A DNA stretch of 63,803 nucleotides, the filler included, from Octopus bimaculoides (taxonomy: Eukaryota), in assembly GCF_001194135.2 (NCBI RefSeq). It is 7 parts of 7 records of this genome, joined end to end, with 100 filler letters (N's around TTAATTAATTAA, not from the genome) between each part and the next. Parts side by side here need not be neighbours in the genome. Positions count along the whole stretch, not along the records: positions 26,013 to 56,643 come from NC_068984.1; 6 more parts are not named here. One strand, given 5' to 3'. The translations under genes were made by a program, and so were the position numbers. The notes under the pieces are model-generated. The model was not told the origin of the DNA. It did not search any database and saw nothing but the letters and a program-made list of their open reading frames with translations. Positions 39,990 to 53,439 of the stretch are shown in pieces. Numbering within the stretch: position 1 is the first letter of the stretch; the number at the start of each line of letters is the position of its first letter.

Positions 39990-41420
39990 CCTTTTCCATT
40001 GCTAGTTACAACAGAAGCTTCTGGACTTCACATCTATAATGTGTCCCCAACTGGTGAAGCACTATCTGTGATTCAAGAAAAACTAGTGACAGACATCCAT
40101 CTAAAAGAACGCACTAGTATACCAATAAGAAATCTGATGAAAGTGTTGATCTTACGTGTAGAAACTACCTACTTCAGTATGGATACTGATATATATCGAC
40201 AAGAAGAGGCTTTAGCTATGGGTTCGCCATTATCACTAATAATAGCCAATATATACATGAAATACTTTGAGAATTTGGCTTTAGGATCAACACCACTAAA
40301 ACCAACTTTATGGCTGCGATATGTTGATGATACCTTTGTACTCTGGCCCCGTCAGGAAGATGTCCAATGGCTGTTAGATCATGTGAACTCAATAAAGCCA
40401 TCCATACAGTTCACAATGGAAAAGGAAAAACACAATTAGCTAGCATTCCTGGACGTATTAATAACACGCACCAAGTATGGATTCAGGACATCCGTATACC
40501 GCAAGCCGACCTTCACTGGACGATACCACAACTTCAATTACCACCATCCATACAGTGTGAAGAGAGGGATTGCTCAGTGCCTAAAACATCGAGCAAAGAA
40601 TATAAGTAGCGATCGTGATACCCACCACGAAGAAATGATCAAGCTAAGTAACAATCTATTAAGTAACAACTACCCCCAAAACATACTACCCACCCCAATT
40701 ATGAAGAAAAGAGAGAATGAAACCGATAAACTGTCCACAGTCTGTCTACCCTATGTGAAAGGCTTCTCCGAAAAGATACAAAAGATATGCGGCCCATATG
40801 ACATCAGGACAGTATTCAAGAGTAATACAACACTTCGCAAATATCTCCTTCGAGTAAAACCATCAATAGAAGAGAATATGACCAAAGACTGCGTGTACTC
40901 CATCCCATGCAGCTGTGGTAGGTTATATAAAGCCGAAACATGCCGCCCCCACGAAATAAGGGTAAACGAACATCACGAAGTTGTGACACGAGATATTGAT
41001 AAATTGGGTATAGCTGATCATGTATGGAAAAATGGAGACCACCTCCCCTGGTGGGATGAAGTTAAAATAATGGATAGAGAACACCACTGGAAAATACGAA
41101 AACTAAAAGAAGCGGCACATATGTTAGGACACAACAACCTCCTAAGCGGACTGAGTGCAGATATGAATAGCATATGGGAACCGGTATTAAGGAAGGATAG
41201 GAAAATGTTAGGTTTATAAGACCTAAAATTCACTCCATAATTTCCCACAGGCGAGAACCCAGGATCGAAATTTCTCCAAGATACCTGATGAAGGCTGGAA
41301 GGTATATCAGCCGAAACATTGTGTCAACAACAAACAAAATGAGGACAAATATCCGTCAAATGCAAATAATGTAGATAATGTACATAATTCCTCATCTCTT
41401 AAATATAGAACTGAATGTGT
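39990..41420 (+). mobile_element. Penelope-like element (RT, GIY-YIG-like domain, pLTR)
   Basis: AMGSPLSLIIANIYM, WLRYVDDTF, a single in-frame TAG at 40437, then LAFLDV, YRKPT and CVYSIPCSCGRLYKAET. The ORF ends at 41219, followed by a hammerhead-bearing terminal region. Confidence 0.93.
41280..41325 (+). ncRNA. Minimal type-I hammerhead ribozyme in Penelope pLTR
   Basis: Stem I GATAC/GTGTC, core CTGATGA, stem II GGCTG/CAGCC, GAAAC-ATT (ACGT to ACAT change in stem III). Confidence 0.75.
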
Positions 41421-41639
41421 CCCCAATCCCAGGTCTCGTACAACCTTCATTACAAATCCTTCGTCCTCAGATCCCTCAGGAATTCACTCCTTTCCTAAGC
41501 CTGAAGATCGCAATGGTGTTAAACTCTCATCACAAGAAAATTGGGAAATTGAATTTAAATACTCTACAACATTTATTGTATATTTTCATCTTCTCCTTTG
41601 CTAGTGATAGCAAGATCGAATTATTCGCAAGGTGAGGAG

Positions 41640-42090
41640 CGTAGTAACCTACTTGAGTTTATATTACCAACTCCACAAGAATCTATAATAGGGAAAGGAG
41701 GTCACTTCCAGCCTCAACACTGAATTCTCCTATGAGGACAAGTTTGTCAATATGATGAACTTCTGCAATGGCTAAGTATATGTAGTTGTAGAATTTGTCA
41801 GTTAACTGCTCAGAGCAGGGTATGGTCGGGGCATAGCAATTCACAAATGTGATAGAGGAATTTTTCAAGCTGAATAATAAGTTTCATGATACGATCATTG
41901 ACATTATTTTGAAAGGACAAGGATTTAACAAGATCTGATTTAACGGCAACACTTACAGTTAATAGGCAGTGTTCTTTACTTTTAGCCATCCAAAAAGATG
42001 CATAACCACACCAAATTTTACTTGGAAGTTCCAGCCAGTTGAGTTTCTTTGAGTACAGTGATTCAAATGCTGTACTTGCAAAGACCACGC
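41640..42090 (-). mobile_element. Degenerate LINE APE endonuclease fragment
   Basis: ITFVNCYAPT...KFYN...LVLIGEFSVEAG resembles the APE YAPT/GDFN motifs; also VNDRIMKL. Confidence 0.75.
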
Positions 42091-42489
42091 TAGATGAGTG
42101 TTACCCTACATTCTGAAGTAGAGTCATATATATTTCTTTATTGCCCACAAGGAGCTAAACGTAGAGGAGACAAACGAGGACAGACAAAGGGATTAAGTCG
42201 ATTACATCAACCCCAGAGCGTAACTGGTACTTTATTTATCGACTGCGAAGAGATGAAAGGCAGAGTCGACCTCGGCGGAATTTGAACTCAGAACGTAACG
42301 GCAGACGAAATACCGCTAAGCATTTCGCCCGGCGCGCTAACGTTTCTGCCAGCTCGCCGCCTTGACTCTGAAGTAGAGTCTTATATTGGATGGAACGTCC
42401 TTTCGTTTCAAGAACCAAGATTATGATGTTTCTTTGCGAGCTTGTACAGATTTGGAGCAAGAGCAAATAGTTTTTTAGGAATCCTTTTC

Positions 42490-42780
42490 TTTCTTCCCGA
42501 GTTGGAAAAAGCAGTGCTCAATCTAAATAGACCTGTTTTGTCATGACACGATCTATGCAGTTCTTCATATGTTTCTACATTCATCCAATGATTGCCAATG
42601 GGTTGAGCTCAAGCCAGGGATTTCGGGCGATATCCTTCAATTTCCTCTTTCGTCTTCAATCCATCGCCATTAGACCAGAATGCATGTGGTATAGCGAAAT
42701 GCTATGGCAGAATGTCCAGTTAAAAACTAATGTTAAGTCACATGATAATTGGAAAATTTTAAAATCTGAGACAAAATGAG
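42490..42780 (-). mobile_element. Degenerate RTE C-terminus
   Basis: WTFCH...RRKRK...W frames resemble the RTE WFGHxxR/GxRxRGRP region; heavily decayed. Confidence 0.45.
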
Positions 42781-43472
42781 ATGCAACAAAAAAAGAAAAA
42801 GAGCATGCGCTCATGCAATGCAAATACATGTAGGCATGATTTTCACACGCACACACGCAAACATACACCCATCCAACACATACACACACGACGAAGCACT
42901 CAACTTGTGTAAGAATGCAATTAAATATACTTACACAAACATATATACTCCTATACATATATACAACTAAACATATATATCTATAGAAATAAAATTACAT
43001 ATTTCTTCTTACATAGATATGTGAGAATATCAACGTGTGTGCATGTACACCCCCCCCCCNNNNNNNNNNNNNNNNNNNNNNNNNNNNNNNNNNNNNNNNN
43101 NNNNNNNNNNNNNNNNNNNNNNNNNNNNNNNNNNNNNNNNNNNNNNNNNNNNNNNNNNNNNNNNNNNNNNNNNNNNNNNNNNNNNNNNNNNNNNNNNNNN
43201 NNNNNNNNNNNNNNNNNNNNNNNNNNNNNNNNNNNNNNNNNNNNNNNNNNNNNNNNNNNNNNNNNNNNNNNNNNNNNNNNNNNNNNNNNNNNNNNNNNNN
43301 NNNNNNNNNNNNNNNNNNNNNNNNNNNNNNNNNNNNNNNNNNNNNNNNNNNNNNNNNNNNNNNNNNNNNNNNNNNNNNNNNNNNNNNNNNNNNNNACACA
43401 CACACACACACACATATATATATCGAAGGAAATGAAAAATACATACATACATATATATGTAGTGAAACTAAC

Positions 43473-43504
43473 ACTTCGATCGCCATTGTATACAAAGAAG
43501 CCAT
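43473..43504 (-). CDS. Candidate first coding exon of the FAX-like gene, MASLYTMAIE(V)
   Basis: AAGATGGC (YY1-type) start context and a phase-2 donor GT|GTTAGT that fits the phase-2 start of exon 29095. It lies about 130 bp from a CCAAT/E-box cluster. The donor is suboptimal, so the join is inference. Confidence 0.4.
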
Positions 43505-43559
43505 CTTCTCTTGCTGTTATAAATATATTCAAGATCGGCCGTAGTAGAAAACAGATTTG

Positions 43560-43750
43560 CCTGTCATCATGTGACTGATTATTATTTGAAGCGGCAACTG
43601 CTTCATACTGTTCCCGCCAGAACGCAACCTGACCAATCACGGCCCCTAATAAGGTCACGTGATAGAGTATTTTTCTGATGCCTTGGGAGCCTACCATCAA
43701 CTATAAATAGACCAAATTATACCCGGCAAATTCGTCTCGGTTCAGTTTCT
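43560..43750. promoter_or_regulatory. Putative core promoter, possibly bidirectional
   Basis: TCATGTGA (within 43566-43575), CCAAT (43633-43637), GTCACGTGAT (43654-43663), TATAAATAG (43702-43710) and TCAGTT (43742-43747), flanked by CpG-enriched sequence and YY1-like ATGGC motifs on the - strand. Confidence 0.55.
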
Positions 43751-46049
43751 CTTAGAGACTTCCGTGTACCACATAGATCAGCAGCAGCAGTTCCAGCAAC
43801 TACATCAACAGCTTCGTTCAGCTACGACTACCGCCGACGTCGCCATCAGCAACACGACTCTACGACTACTAACCAGCATCATCGCCGCCATAGTCAACAC
43901 GACTTTAACTACGAACTGCAAGATTCGTCAATATCATCAACATGATTTCTACGTACACCACTAACCAAACTACCGCGGCACATCTCTCTCTCTCTCTCTC
44001 TTCGATTCTGTTAGGTGTTTCATATTCACCACGATAAATAATAGACAAGAGTTCAGCCAGCGACGAACATCTGTATAACAAGAACCCGGCCCGGCATGGA
44101 AGCCACAACGTCACAACTAGTGATCGCTCTGCCACACACACAGCCTCAACTTCTTTCATATACAGACTCTTCCTATTGCGTACTCTAAGAACTGGTATAA
44201 ATGCTCACACGTGTTACTGACTCTTTCTATCTGCTGTATATAACGCATACACATACATGTATCACTTACACACACTCTTTTCTTTATACGACGGCCTGTC
44301 TTTTATTGTTTTTATATGTCGCATTCACACTTACACACAGACATACACTTTAATGCTACAATAAATAATTCTGTTATTCATCTCATGCGGTTGTCTTCTA
44401 TCGTCTTCATTACTGGCAATTTACGAACTCACTATGTTATCGTAGTATAACGTATTTATTTATCATAATTGATATAAATTTTTGTGTTCGACCGTGTGAC
44501 ACGTTTTAAATGAAAGGAGTCCTGTTTTTCCATTCGTCACCATTTCTCCTTTTTGGGTTCGCACGGTCGTTCTTACATATATATAAAGAGAGAGAGAGAA
44601 GGAAAGGAAATGAAAAATACATGCGAGTGTGTGCGTGCGTGTGTGTTAGGCAATGAGCATGAAAAGAAGATGATAATACAGGAGAAACAATTTTTTACAA
44701 ATGTATTTAACACTTAAAAAGAAGGGAAGGGGCCTTGGTATTTTGGACCCTAGCAGTGTCCATGGGCACACGACACAGTTGCCCAGGGGCCCTACAGCGC
44801 TAAGGGTCCGATTCTAATCTATATATGATGTGGCTTGCTGTCAATAAATTAATATTATAGGGCCCAGTGCATTGATTTGCCCGGGAACATATAACGAATG
44901 CTTCGAAGACGGTCCAGGACACTAGCCCTTTTATATATGTATAGTACATACCGTCGTTATAGATAGATAGATAGATAGATAGATAACGGTGGCATGTAGT
45001 AATTAAAGTGAGAGGAAGAAAAATACCATTTATTAATTGTTATGGCCCTTATTTTCATCGTTACAATGTAGCAGACTAGTTGTAGTTGTGCAGAGGTTAT
45101 TTGTTGTTCTGTTATGTATTCTGTAGATAGTTAAATTCCATCTTTTGTTGAATGTTAGAAGGCTGGTGGGAAAAGGAAAGAGAGAAAGAGTAAAAGAGAC
45201 TAAACAAGTAGAGAGAGTAAAAGCAATATAGTCCCTGGCATAAAGGCGCTTCCTCTATCGGCACCGAAAGGAAGCAAAACAAAGAACAGGATTTGCTCAC
45301 TATATTTATATAAATTGGAAAGTTTGATGTAGGTCAGAGAACAATGAAAAGTAATGAGTTTATCTTTCTTGTACTGTGCTTAAACCAAGAATGCTAACTT
45401 AAACAATAGAACCTAACAGTGACAGTTGACCTCCTAAGTTTCCTAGTGGAAAAGGCGAGAATATTAAGGAAGAGAACTTGTAGGAAAATGTAGATTCGGT
45501 TTCGGATCCTGGCTTATATAAACGCCAAAATTCTCTCCCTTCTTTTTAAATGCTAAACTAATATCGAGAAGTAAAAAGAACAGCAACATTTTGGAATTGT
45601 TCTCTGTAGTTTAGAAGGCAAAGTCATCTCTAATCACAAAATCAGTTATCGAATTCTACATCAATGATCACAAGTGCTCCCACTGCTTATCCAAAAAGTT
45701 CATTATCCTTAAACAATGCCTTTAAGGTGGTAAATTATAAATCGGTGCTGCCAAGAGAAACTTATCCTACAATCTTCCAAGCTACCTATAGGTTGATATT
45801 GTACCTGTTTTAACAAACCCTAAAGTCTCTCATACGTCTGCCCTTTCCCTTCCCTTCAGAACATTTTCATCTCTTTGCCTATGATTCTCTACTCTTACAT
45901 TAACTTCCATCCTCTATGCATGCTCTATTATTACTAGTAGTATGATATTTTAAAATTCATCCATTTCTTAGTATTCATAATAAATTCATTGTACTTAAAC
46001 TGAATTTACTACATACGTAGTAATATAATTACACCACCATCACTAGTTC

Positions 46050-46620
46050 TTGACCAGTTCTTACTCTCTGTCCTTGGGTTAGAGGTGGGTGCCTCATCTG
46101 GGATTCCACAGTCTGTGATTCTTTTAGTCCCTCCTATGGGATGCTGCGGTAAATGGGAGGGTCACTGCTTCCATAGCCGAACGGAACAAAACCCTGAAAT
46201 ATCGGGACCAGACAGTGAACTATCTCTCCCAACCTCTGGCGTTTGAGTCATTTGGGGGGACTGGGCCACTAACTGCGAAGTTCTTGTCATCGTAGGCAAC
46301 TCACCTCACCGAGATGTCAGGTGATGCCCGTATTGGCGCTTGACTTTTAGTCTCACCCGTAGTAATGCTGTGAACGTGTTGGCTTGCTTCAATGGGTTCC
46401 GTTGAACCTTGTGGTGTGCGACCAATTGAAGCACTTTGTACTACATTTATGTTTTTGTCTTCTCTTTTTCCTCTCTCTTTTTTTCCCCCGCTTTTTTTCT
46501 TTTCTTTGTCTTTCTTTTGTGAAAACTTATGAAAGAATCATGACTATTGTTTAGGATTTGTATTTTAATGTGGTTTTGTATTTTTCATATATCATATACA
46601 TACGTGTTATATATGCAATA
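46050..46620 (+). mobile_element. CRE-clade LINE 3' end (RLE domain)
   Basis: PWVRGGCLIWDSTVCDS...AERNKTLKY...PLAFESFGGLGP matches the CRE PW..G..L.WD.T / AE..K..KY / P.AFET.G motifs. Confidence 0.75.
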
Positions 46621-46849
46621 AAATTACCCTCTAAACTGTCACATTTTGTATGATAGGTTATCTTGGACGAATTCCAATTTAACATTTCTTCACTAATCGC
46701 TCTCAATTCTGACCCTAACTTCACTATTTATCATAGGTAACCTATGTTTGTATTAAAAATATTGCTCTTTACGTATGTGTGTCTGCTTATTTTCTTGGTC
46801 GACCACCTGCTTGGTAGCAAGGTTGTGAAGGAATGCATCTGGTTTTCAT

Positions 46850-47500
46850 CATCATCCTTTAAATCTTAAGAAAGTCTTGCGGATTTCTCCATTCCCAGAT
46901 TTCGTGATCATTTGTAGCGCATGAATGAAGGAGTTACATTCCTTCCCTAAGAACCTACACTCAGCAATATTTTACTCCAGGCGGCCTTGTGCATATCTCG
47001 TTGCTCCAGTAATAATAGCTGTGAAACTGAAAAATGTACTTTGGGTACTGTATTTGCGAACTCCTTATTGTCCTCTTTCTCCCGTGTTTTTCTGGCCACT
47101 TTGGTGTCCAGAGGGCAGCTGATTTTCACACAATATGAATTGACCAGTTGGTTTTAACTTGGTGGCTGCTTTAATCTTTAAGTTACCCTAATATCCTTTT
47201 GACCAATCAGTCGCAATATAGTCAACTTTGTTTGTCTTTTCTATTTTCTTATTCTGTTCCACAGTGTTGTGGTCACCGCGTTACGGGAAGAAAACATTAT
47301 TTCACAGTTGGCAGAAATGTTCTTGAAGCCTTCCCTTTTACTTTTGCACTACCTATATTTGTTGTCCGTCAATTTTCCGACTTTTATTCTGCAGGTACTT
47401 TTGGGAATCGCTTGTTCTTGAAGTACATGGAGGTTTCTTCGAATTTGGGTGTTATAAACTTGTCGGTACTCCATACCAAGTTTTTGATATGATATATTCC
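46850..47500 (-). mobile_element. Degenerate RLE-type LINE 3' end
   Basis: ISCPLDTKVARKTREKED followed by a frameshifted FTAIITGATRY...EIRKTFL. Confidence 0.6.
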
Positions 47501-49721
47501 TTCTATGGCTTGTAACTTTCATGCCAATTACCCATGAACTACCTTCTCAGTGAGCTTATTTATTTATTTATTTATTTATTTATCTAGGTATGTGTACACA
47601 TGCGTGTGCACGTATGTGTGTATGTATGTTGCGTGCATGTATGTGTAACAGTTTGAAACGGGAAGTTTCCAACTTACATATATGCACTAATATTTGTGTA
47701 TTACATTTGTTGTCGGAAGTAAATTTGTAAAAAAGCATCGAAAGATAATGATACGATTAGAAGTTGTATTAGACACTCCATAAAGGAAAGAAATTTGACG
47801 TTTCGAATTTATGTCTTTCATTTTCCCAATGAAAAATAAATAAGGCTAAAATGTCAAATAGCATTAAACTAATACTTTTTATCGTCTTATTCATTGCCAA
47901 TGCTGTAATAATACAACTGAGCATGTAAATATATGCGTACATACATATATGTGTGCATATGTTTGTGTGTGTTCCCACCTGATAATTGCGTTAATGTGGA
48001 ACTCGATGCACCAGAAGAAATCCAGTTTACATAAAGCCATACGCTCTATAAAATAGTTTGAACTCTTTCTTTCTCATTCGTTTGGCAGAAAAAAAAATCA
48101 GTATTTGGATCCAGTGTTTGAATAGTGTGTGAGTGTGTGTGTGCGCGCACGTGTACATGATAGCCCAGATAACATTGCTAGTTCAAATAAATCTTATCTT
48201 CACTAATATTCAAGTTATTTATTTAAAATATATACACAATATTTACAATAATATACATTTGACAATAAATTCATTTGTGAAAATGATGGGGTTAAAAACT
48301 GGATTGTGAACTTCGACATGGCTACCTTTGAACTCCACGATTTCGTTAACCTTTTATGGTATTTCAGTATAGTGTAACCTTTTTCAGTATAGTTAACTTT
48401 TTATGGTATCTTAGTAAAAGCAACTTTAATATTCTTCTTCGGTTCCCGTGTGTTTCTAAGACGATTGCTAAACCTTTAATTTGATCTAGAGATCTAGCAG
48501 GTCTTGGATTAGCTGTAGGTCCATGACTCAGCTTTTCCTTCATTTTTTCAGGGGAACATTATCTTCGATTAATTCTCAACTGCGACTCTCCAGTATGGTG
48601 GTGTACCATTTAGCATGAAGATCAATTCTCGTTAGAATTGAAGCCGCTTGACTTTCAACTAAAACTTCTTCAGTTTGTCATGGAATCGCTCAGAATTGTA
48701 TGTTTGGTAAGAGTAAAGCATCCTCCATTCAATTAGAATAAATCTGCACAATTCGCATGTTTATTTACTATGAATATGTTCTAAAATTTTAGAGTCATAA
48801 AATTTTAATGGCATAACATCAAAAATTTATAAAAATGTTGAAATTCTAAAGTTATAAAGCTTATGTAAATTACCTGTTATAAATAAACATCAGGTGAAAG
48901 TTTCATAAAAGTATTAGAGATTACCTTGGCTACATGTGCCGACTAATATCAGATGTTCTATGTGGATCACCCTATACATGTATGTATATAGACGTATAAG
49001 TACAGATAAGCATGTATGCATGTGTGTGTGTGGCGTCATCGACCAAATTATCAGATGTTATTATACATCATTGGTCACAATGCGCTTTGCATCGTCTTTA
49101 GCATTCAGATGATGCGACCCCGCTGACAAAGTGAGCAAGCCAACATACCTCCTGATCGGAAGGTTAGCTCGTCGCTGGGTTATCTATTTACATCTGAATG
49201 GATTGTGCGACGTGAAATGAAGTGTTTTGCTCAAGAACACAATGTACCGCTCGATCCGGGAATCAATTAACTCTAGTGACTGTAATTGTCACACCCTAAC
49301 CACTGCGCCACGCGTTCAACCCCACCTCACACACATCCGCCTCCGAAAATGCTACTCATATTATACCACTGTACAAATTCCAACCCTACAAGAATACCTA
49401 CTCCTAAACCATACACACACTTCCAGAAAACTTTTATAGCCTTGTAACATCCCAGAAACCGTACTTGGCGCCAAGAAGGAAAACTCTAAACCTAACCCTT
49501 TCTCAGTTCGTTTCGACATCTTTTTTCATACAAGCCACAAGGCAGATGTGTTTATTTACTTCCAGCAATAGAGAGCAGTCGCCATATTGTCTTCCATAAC
49601 TGATAACTCTGAAGAGCGCTGGGTTACATAATTGGGCGTTTACTTAACATCCCGTTGAACCCCTAGTGCAAAACTGATTGGTAAGATCGGTCGTAATGGA
49701 TATATACCACTTTATACTTCG

Positions 49722-49753
<32 letters not shown>

Positions 49754-49937
49754 NNNNNNNNNNNNNNNNNNNNNNNNNNNNNNNNNNNNNNNNNNNNNNN
49801 NNNNNNNNNNNNNNNNNNNNNNNNNNNNNNNNNNNNNNNNNNNNNNNNNNNNNNNNNNNNNNNNNNNNNNNNNNNNNNNNNNNNNATACATACATACATA
49901 CAAAGGAGGATGGAGAATTCCACATTAACATGAGTTA

Positions 49938-52460
49938 TCATCACCATCATTTAACGCCCGTTGTCCATGTTGGCATGGGTTGGACTGTTTGGCCTGGGTT
50001 GACAAGTTGAGGGGTTGCATCAAACTCCAGTCTGATTTAGCATGGTTTCTACGGCTGGATGCCCTTCCTAACACCAACCATTCCAAGACTGTAATGCGTG
50101 TTTTTACGTGCCACCATCTCGGGTGCCAGTTGCGTGGCACTAGTATCTGCCACGACTACGATTTCACTTGGCTTGATGGGTCTTCTACTCAAGCATATTG
50201 CCGAAGGTTTCAGTCATTTGTCATTGCCTCCATCAGACCCAACGCTCGAAAGGTACTTTTGACGTGCCACCAGCCCAGGTGCTAGTTACGCGACACTGGT
50301 ATCGGCCACATTGCCTCTGTGAGGTCCAACGTTCGAAAGATGCTTTTTACGTGCTACTAGCCCGGGTGTTAGTTACGTGACGCCAACATCGGCCACATTG
50401 CCTCCGTGAGACTCAACACTCGAAAGGTGCTTTTTACGTGCTAGCGGCACGAGTGCCAGTTACATGACACTGGCATCAGTAACGACTATGATTGGCTTGA
50501 CGGGTCATCTCTAGCACGGCATATCGCCAAAGGTCTCGATCACTAGTCATTGCTTTCGTGAGGCCCACCTTGTCCAATGTCTTCCTGAGTCTAGCTCTTC
50601 CACAGGCTCCCTCTACAGTTAGAGATCAGCACTTCTTTACACAGCTGTCCTTGCCCATACGCATCACATGACCATACCAGCGCAGTCGTCTCTTTTGCAC
50701 ACCTCATCTGATGCCTGTAATGCCGAAATTTTCTCTCACTCTGTTGTACATGCACACGTACATTGCACATCCAGCGAAGCATGCTAGCTTAATTTCTTTC
50801 AAGCTTACGCATGTCCTCGGCAGTCACATCCCGTTTCACTGCTGTGTAGCATACCTGTTCGACACTGGCATCATACAGTCCGCCTTTCACTCTGAGAGAG
50901 AGGTCCTTAGTTACCAACAGAGGGAGGAGCTCTCTGAACTTTGCTCAGCCTATTCTTGTTCTCGCAGCTACGTTCTCAGAACATCCTCCCCCGCTACTGA
51001 CATGGTCACCTTGACAATGGAAGCTATGTCCCTGTACATGGTTTGTACAGCACTTATCAACCACTCGTCTATCCCCAGTTTCTGCATTGACCACCAGATA
51101 AGGGATCGGGGGACCCTGTCAAAGGCTTTCTCAGTGTCAACAAAAGCCTAGTACAGAGGTTCATCTTTGACTAGATACTTCTCCTGCAACTGCCTTACCA
51201 GAAATATAGCATCAGTGGTGCTTCCCCTTGACAGAAAACCAAATTGCATCTCATCGAGACTAACACTCTCCCTAATTAGTTGGGTCATGACCCTCTCTGT
51301 GACTTTCATCACCTGATCCAACAATTTGGTACCTCTGTAATTATTTCTTAGACGTCACCTTTACCTTTGTAGCAGTTGACTATGATGTTACTACACCAGT
51401 CATTGGGTATGACTCCTTCGTGTACCACCTGATTAACTATATGGGTGACTAGACCATAACGCTACTATCTATTCGCTTTGTTGGTCCCTCTGTTGGGTCA
51501 GCATTAAGCAGACTCTCCTTCTCCCATGAGTTCTCTACATTTAGTAACCTTTCGTAGTGGTACTTCCAAGCCTCTCTTTACAGAGTCATTAACTGCAAGT
51601 GAACCATAATCCATGCAAACACACTTCTCTCCCACAGCATCACAATTTTCCCTGACACACTGTCTTGCAAACTGAGACACTTTAAGCCGCTGGTCCTCAC
51701 GTTGCAGAACATTGGCAAACTTCTTCCTTTCTGCTTCACCCCTGGTTAAGTATACCTTCTTCCTAGCTTCCCTTCTAGATGCCTAATATAGTTCCTTGCT
51801 ACCACCACCCTTTCAAGCCTGTTTCTTTGCTCTAATGGCCCTGTCAACTACATTGTTCCACACCATGTCATTCTAGGTTTGGTTGGGACTTCGCACCTCA
51901 CACGAATTTTGTTCTGTGGATCTCAGTAAGTTGTCTCGTATGAACTTCCATTTATCCTCTATATTGCAAGTCTGTAGTTCCTCCTTCTTCTCATCAAATG
52001 CTTCAGTTAGGAGGTCCCTAAACCATTGACTATTCAAAGAATCCTTAAGCTCCCATATCTTTCTTTTCCAGACTGACATGCTTCTTCGGTTCCTTCGTGC
52101 CTGTAGATTGAAGTCACTAATGAATAATCTATGCTGAGGGGTACATTCTTTATCAGGCAAGGACTTTGCGTTTAAGAGCAACCGCGAATCCCTTTTTCTG
52201 GAGAGAATGTCGTCAATCTGGCTAACATGGTCACTGGATTTATAGGTTATCAGGTGACTGGTTGGCTTTCTGAAGTTGGTGTTGGAGATCATTAGGTCAT
52301 TTGCATCACAGAACTCCAGCAACCTCGTTCCTTTCTCGTTTCGGGAACCAATTTCATGGCCCCCATGCACTCCATGAAAGACACCTGGGTGTGCCCAATA
52401 TGACCATTGAAATCACCAGCTACGAAGATAAGGTCACGGTAATTTATCTTCGAAGTGGAC
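49938..52460 (-). mobile_element. RTE-clade LINE: APE endonuclease end, RT and 3' UTR, decayed
   Basis: ORF 51873-52370 (GSRNEKGTRLLEFCDANDLMISNTNFRKP..HLITY..QID) is an RTE APE domain. RT similarity runs to about 50530, followed by the same 3' UTR repeats and tail as the 17.7-kb copy. Confidence 0.92.
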
Positions 52461-52880
52461 TGCATAGGGTGTCATAAAAAAAGGGTGTCATAGATATAAT
52501 AATGTGTGTGTGTAAACTAAAAGTTACAAATGAGTTTTAAATAACTTTCAAAGACAGTATTTTAAAATTTAAACGTATTTCTAAAATCTCTGGCTGTCAA
52601 AAAGAGAGAAAGGTAGACAGGATGGTGGGGTATAAACAGATTGAAGTTGATTGTGATTCAAAAAAGTTTTTATTAAAGCTGATGAACCTGACTTGTAACC
52701 AACCAACACTAAATAAATACAGATTCATTTATATATCCAATGATTTACTGCTGACACATTTTTAAGATGAAAACGTTGCCGAAATAAGGCTTGCTTTTAT
52801 ATGTTAAGTATAATACATCCTTTAAATTCAGCGATCGAATTCATCGACTGGCCGCAATACAGTGTAATTAGTAATATTTA

Positions 52881-53071
52881 TCCCCACTTAAAAGCAGATA
52901 TTGTGTTAGAACATAGAATACTATGATAGTTATCACAAGAGAACTTCTCATACGGACTTGTGGTGGATATAAGCACTCTTACTTATATACACAAGTCCAT
53001 ACGAGAGGTTCTCTCGTTGTAACTATCGCAGTATTCTGTGTTCTAACACAACATCCACTCTTAAGTGGGGA
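52881..53071. mobile_element. Foldback MITE flanked by TA
   Basis: Arms TCCCCACTTAA...GGACTTGTG and CACAAGTCC...TTAAGTGGGGA are complementary over most of their length; TA at 52879-52880 and 53072-53073. Confidence 0.8.
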
Positions 53072-53439
53072 TATTACGTTTTGGTATTAAAACTGCTTCT
53101 GTCGCTATTAATTGCTATTAATTTGAGAAGGAAGCTTTCCACATGGAAGATTGCGAGAATGGGGATTCATGTTATTGAGGCCCATGACGCTGAATGGACC
53201 CTATGTATAACCAATGACATATACTATTTGCATAACGAGCCGGGGAAGGAGCCTCGATATGGTTTCTCAACATGCTAGAAGTAACTACTGAATCATCCCC
53301 CATCCTTCAACAAGAGAAGATACGTTAGATACATTTTGTCTCAACTAATAGGATTGCCTTTGGAATGCTTTTGTGCATGCGTCTCTTAGATCAGAGTTCA
53401 CCTAGAGCTAAACACAAACGTAAGTCTATGCCAGCAAAA

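Noticed and set aside
47240-47400. Strong + strand acceptors (ttccacag, ttctgcag)
   Set aside because: Explained as the antisense of an A-rich degenerate RLE LINE.
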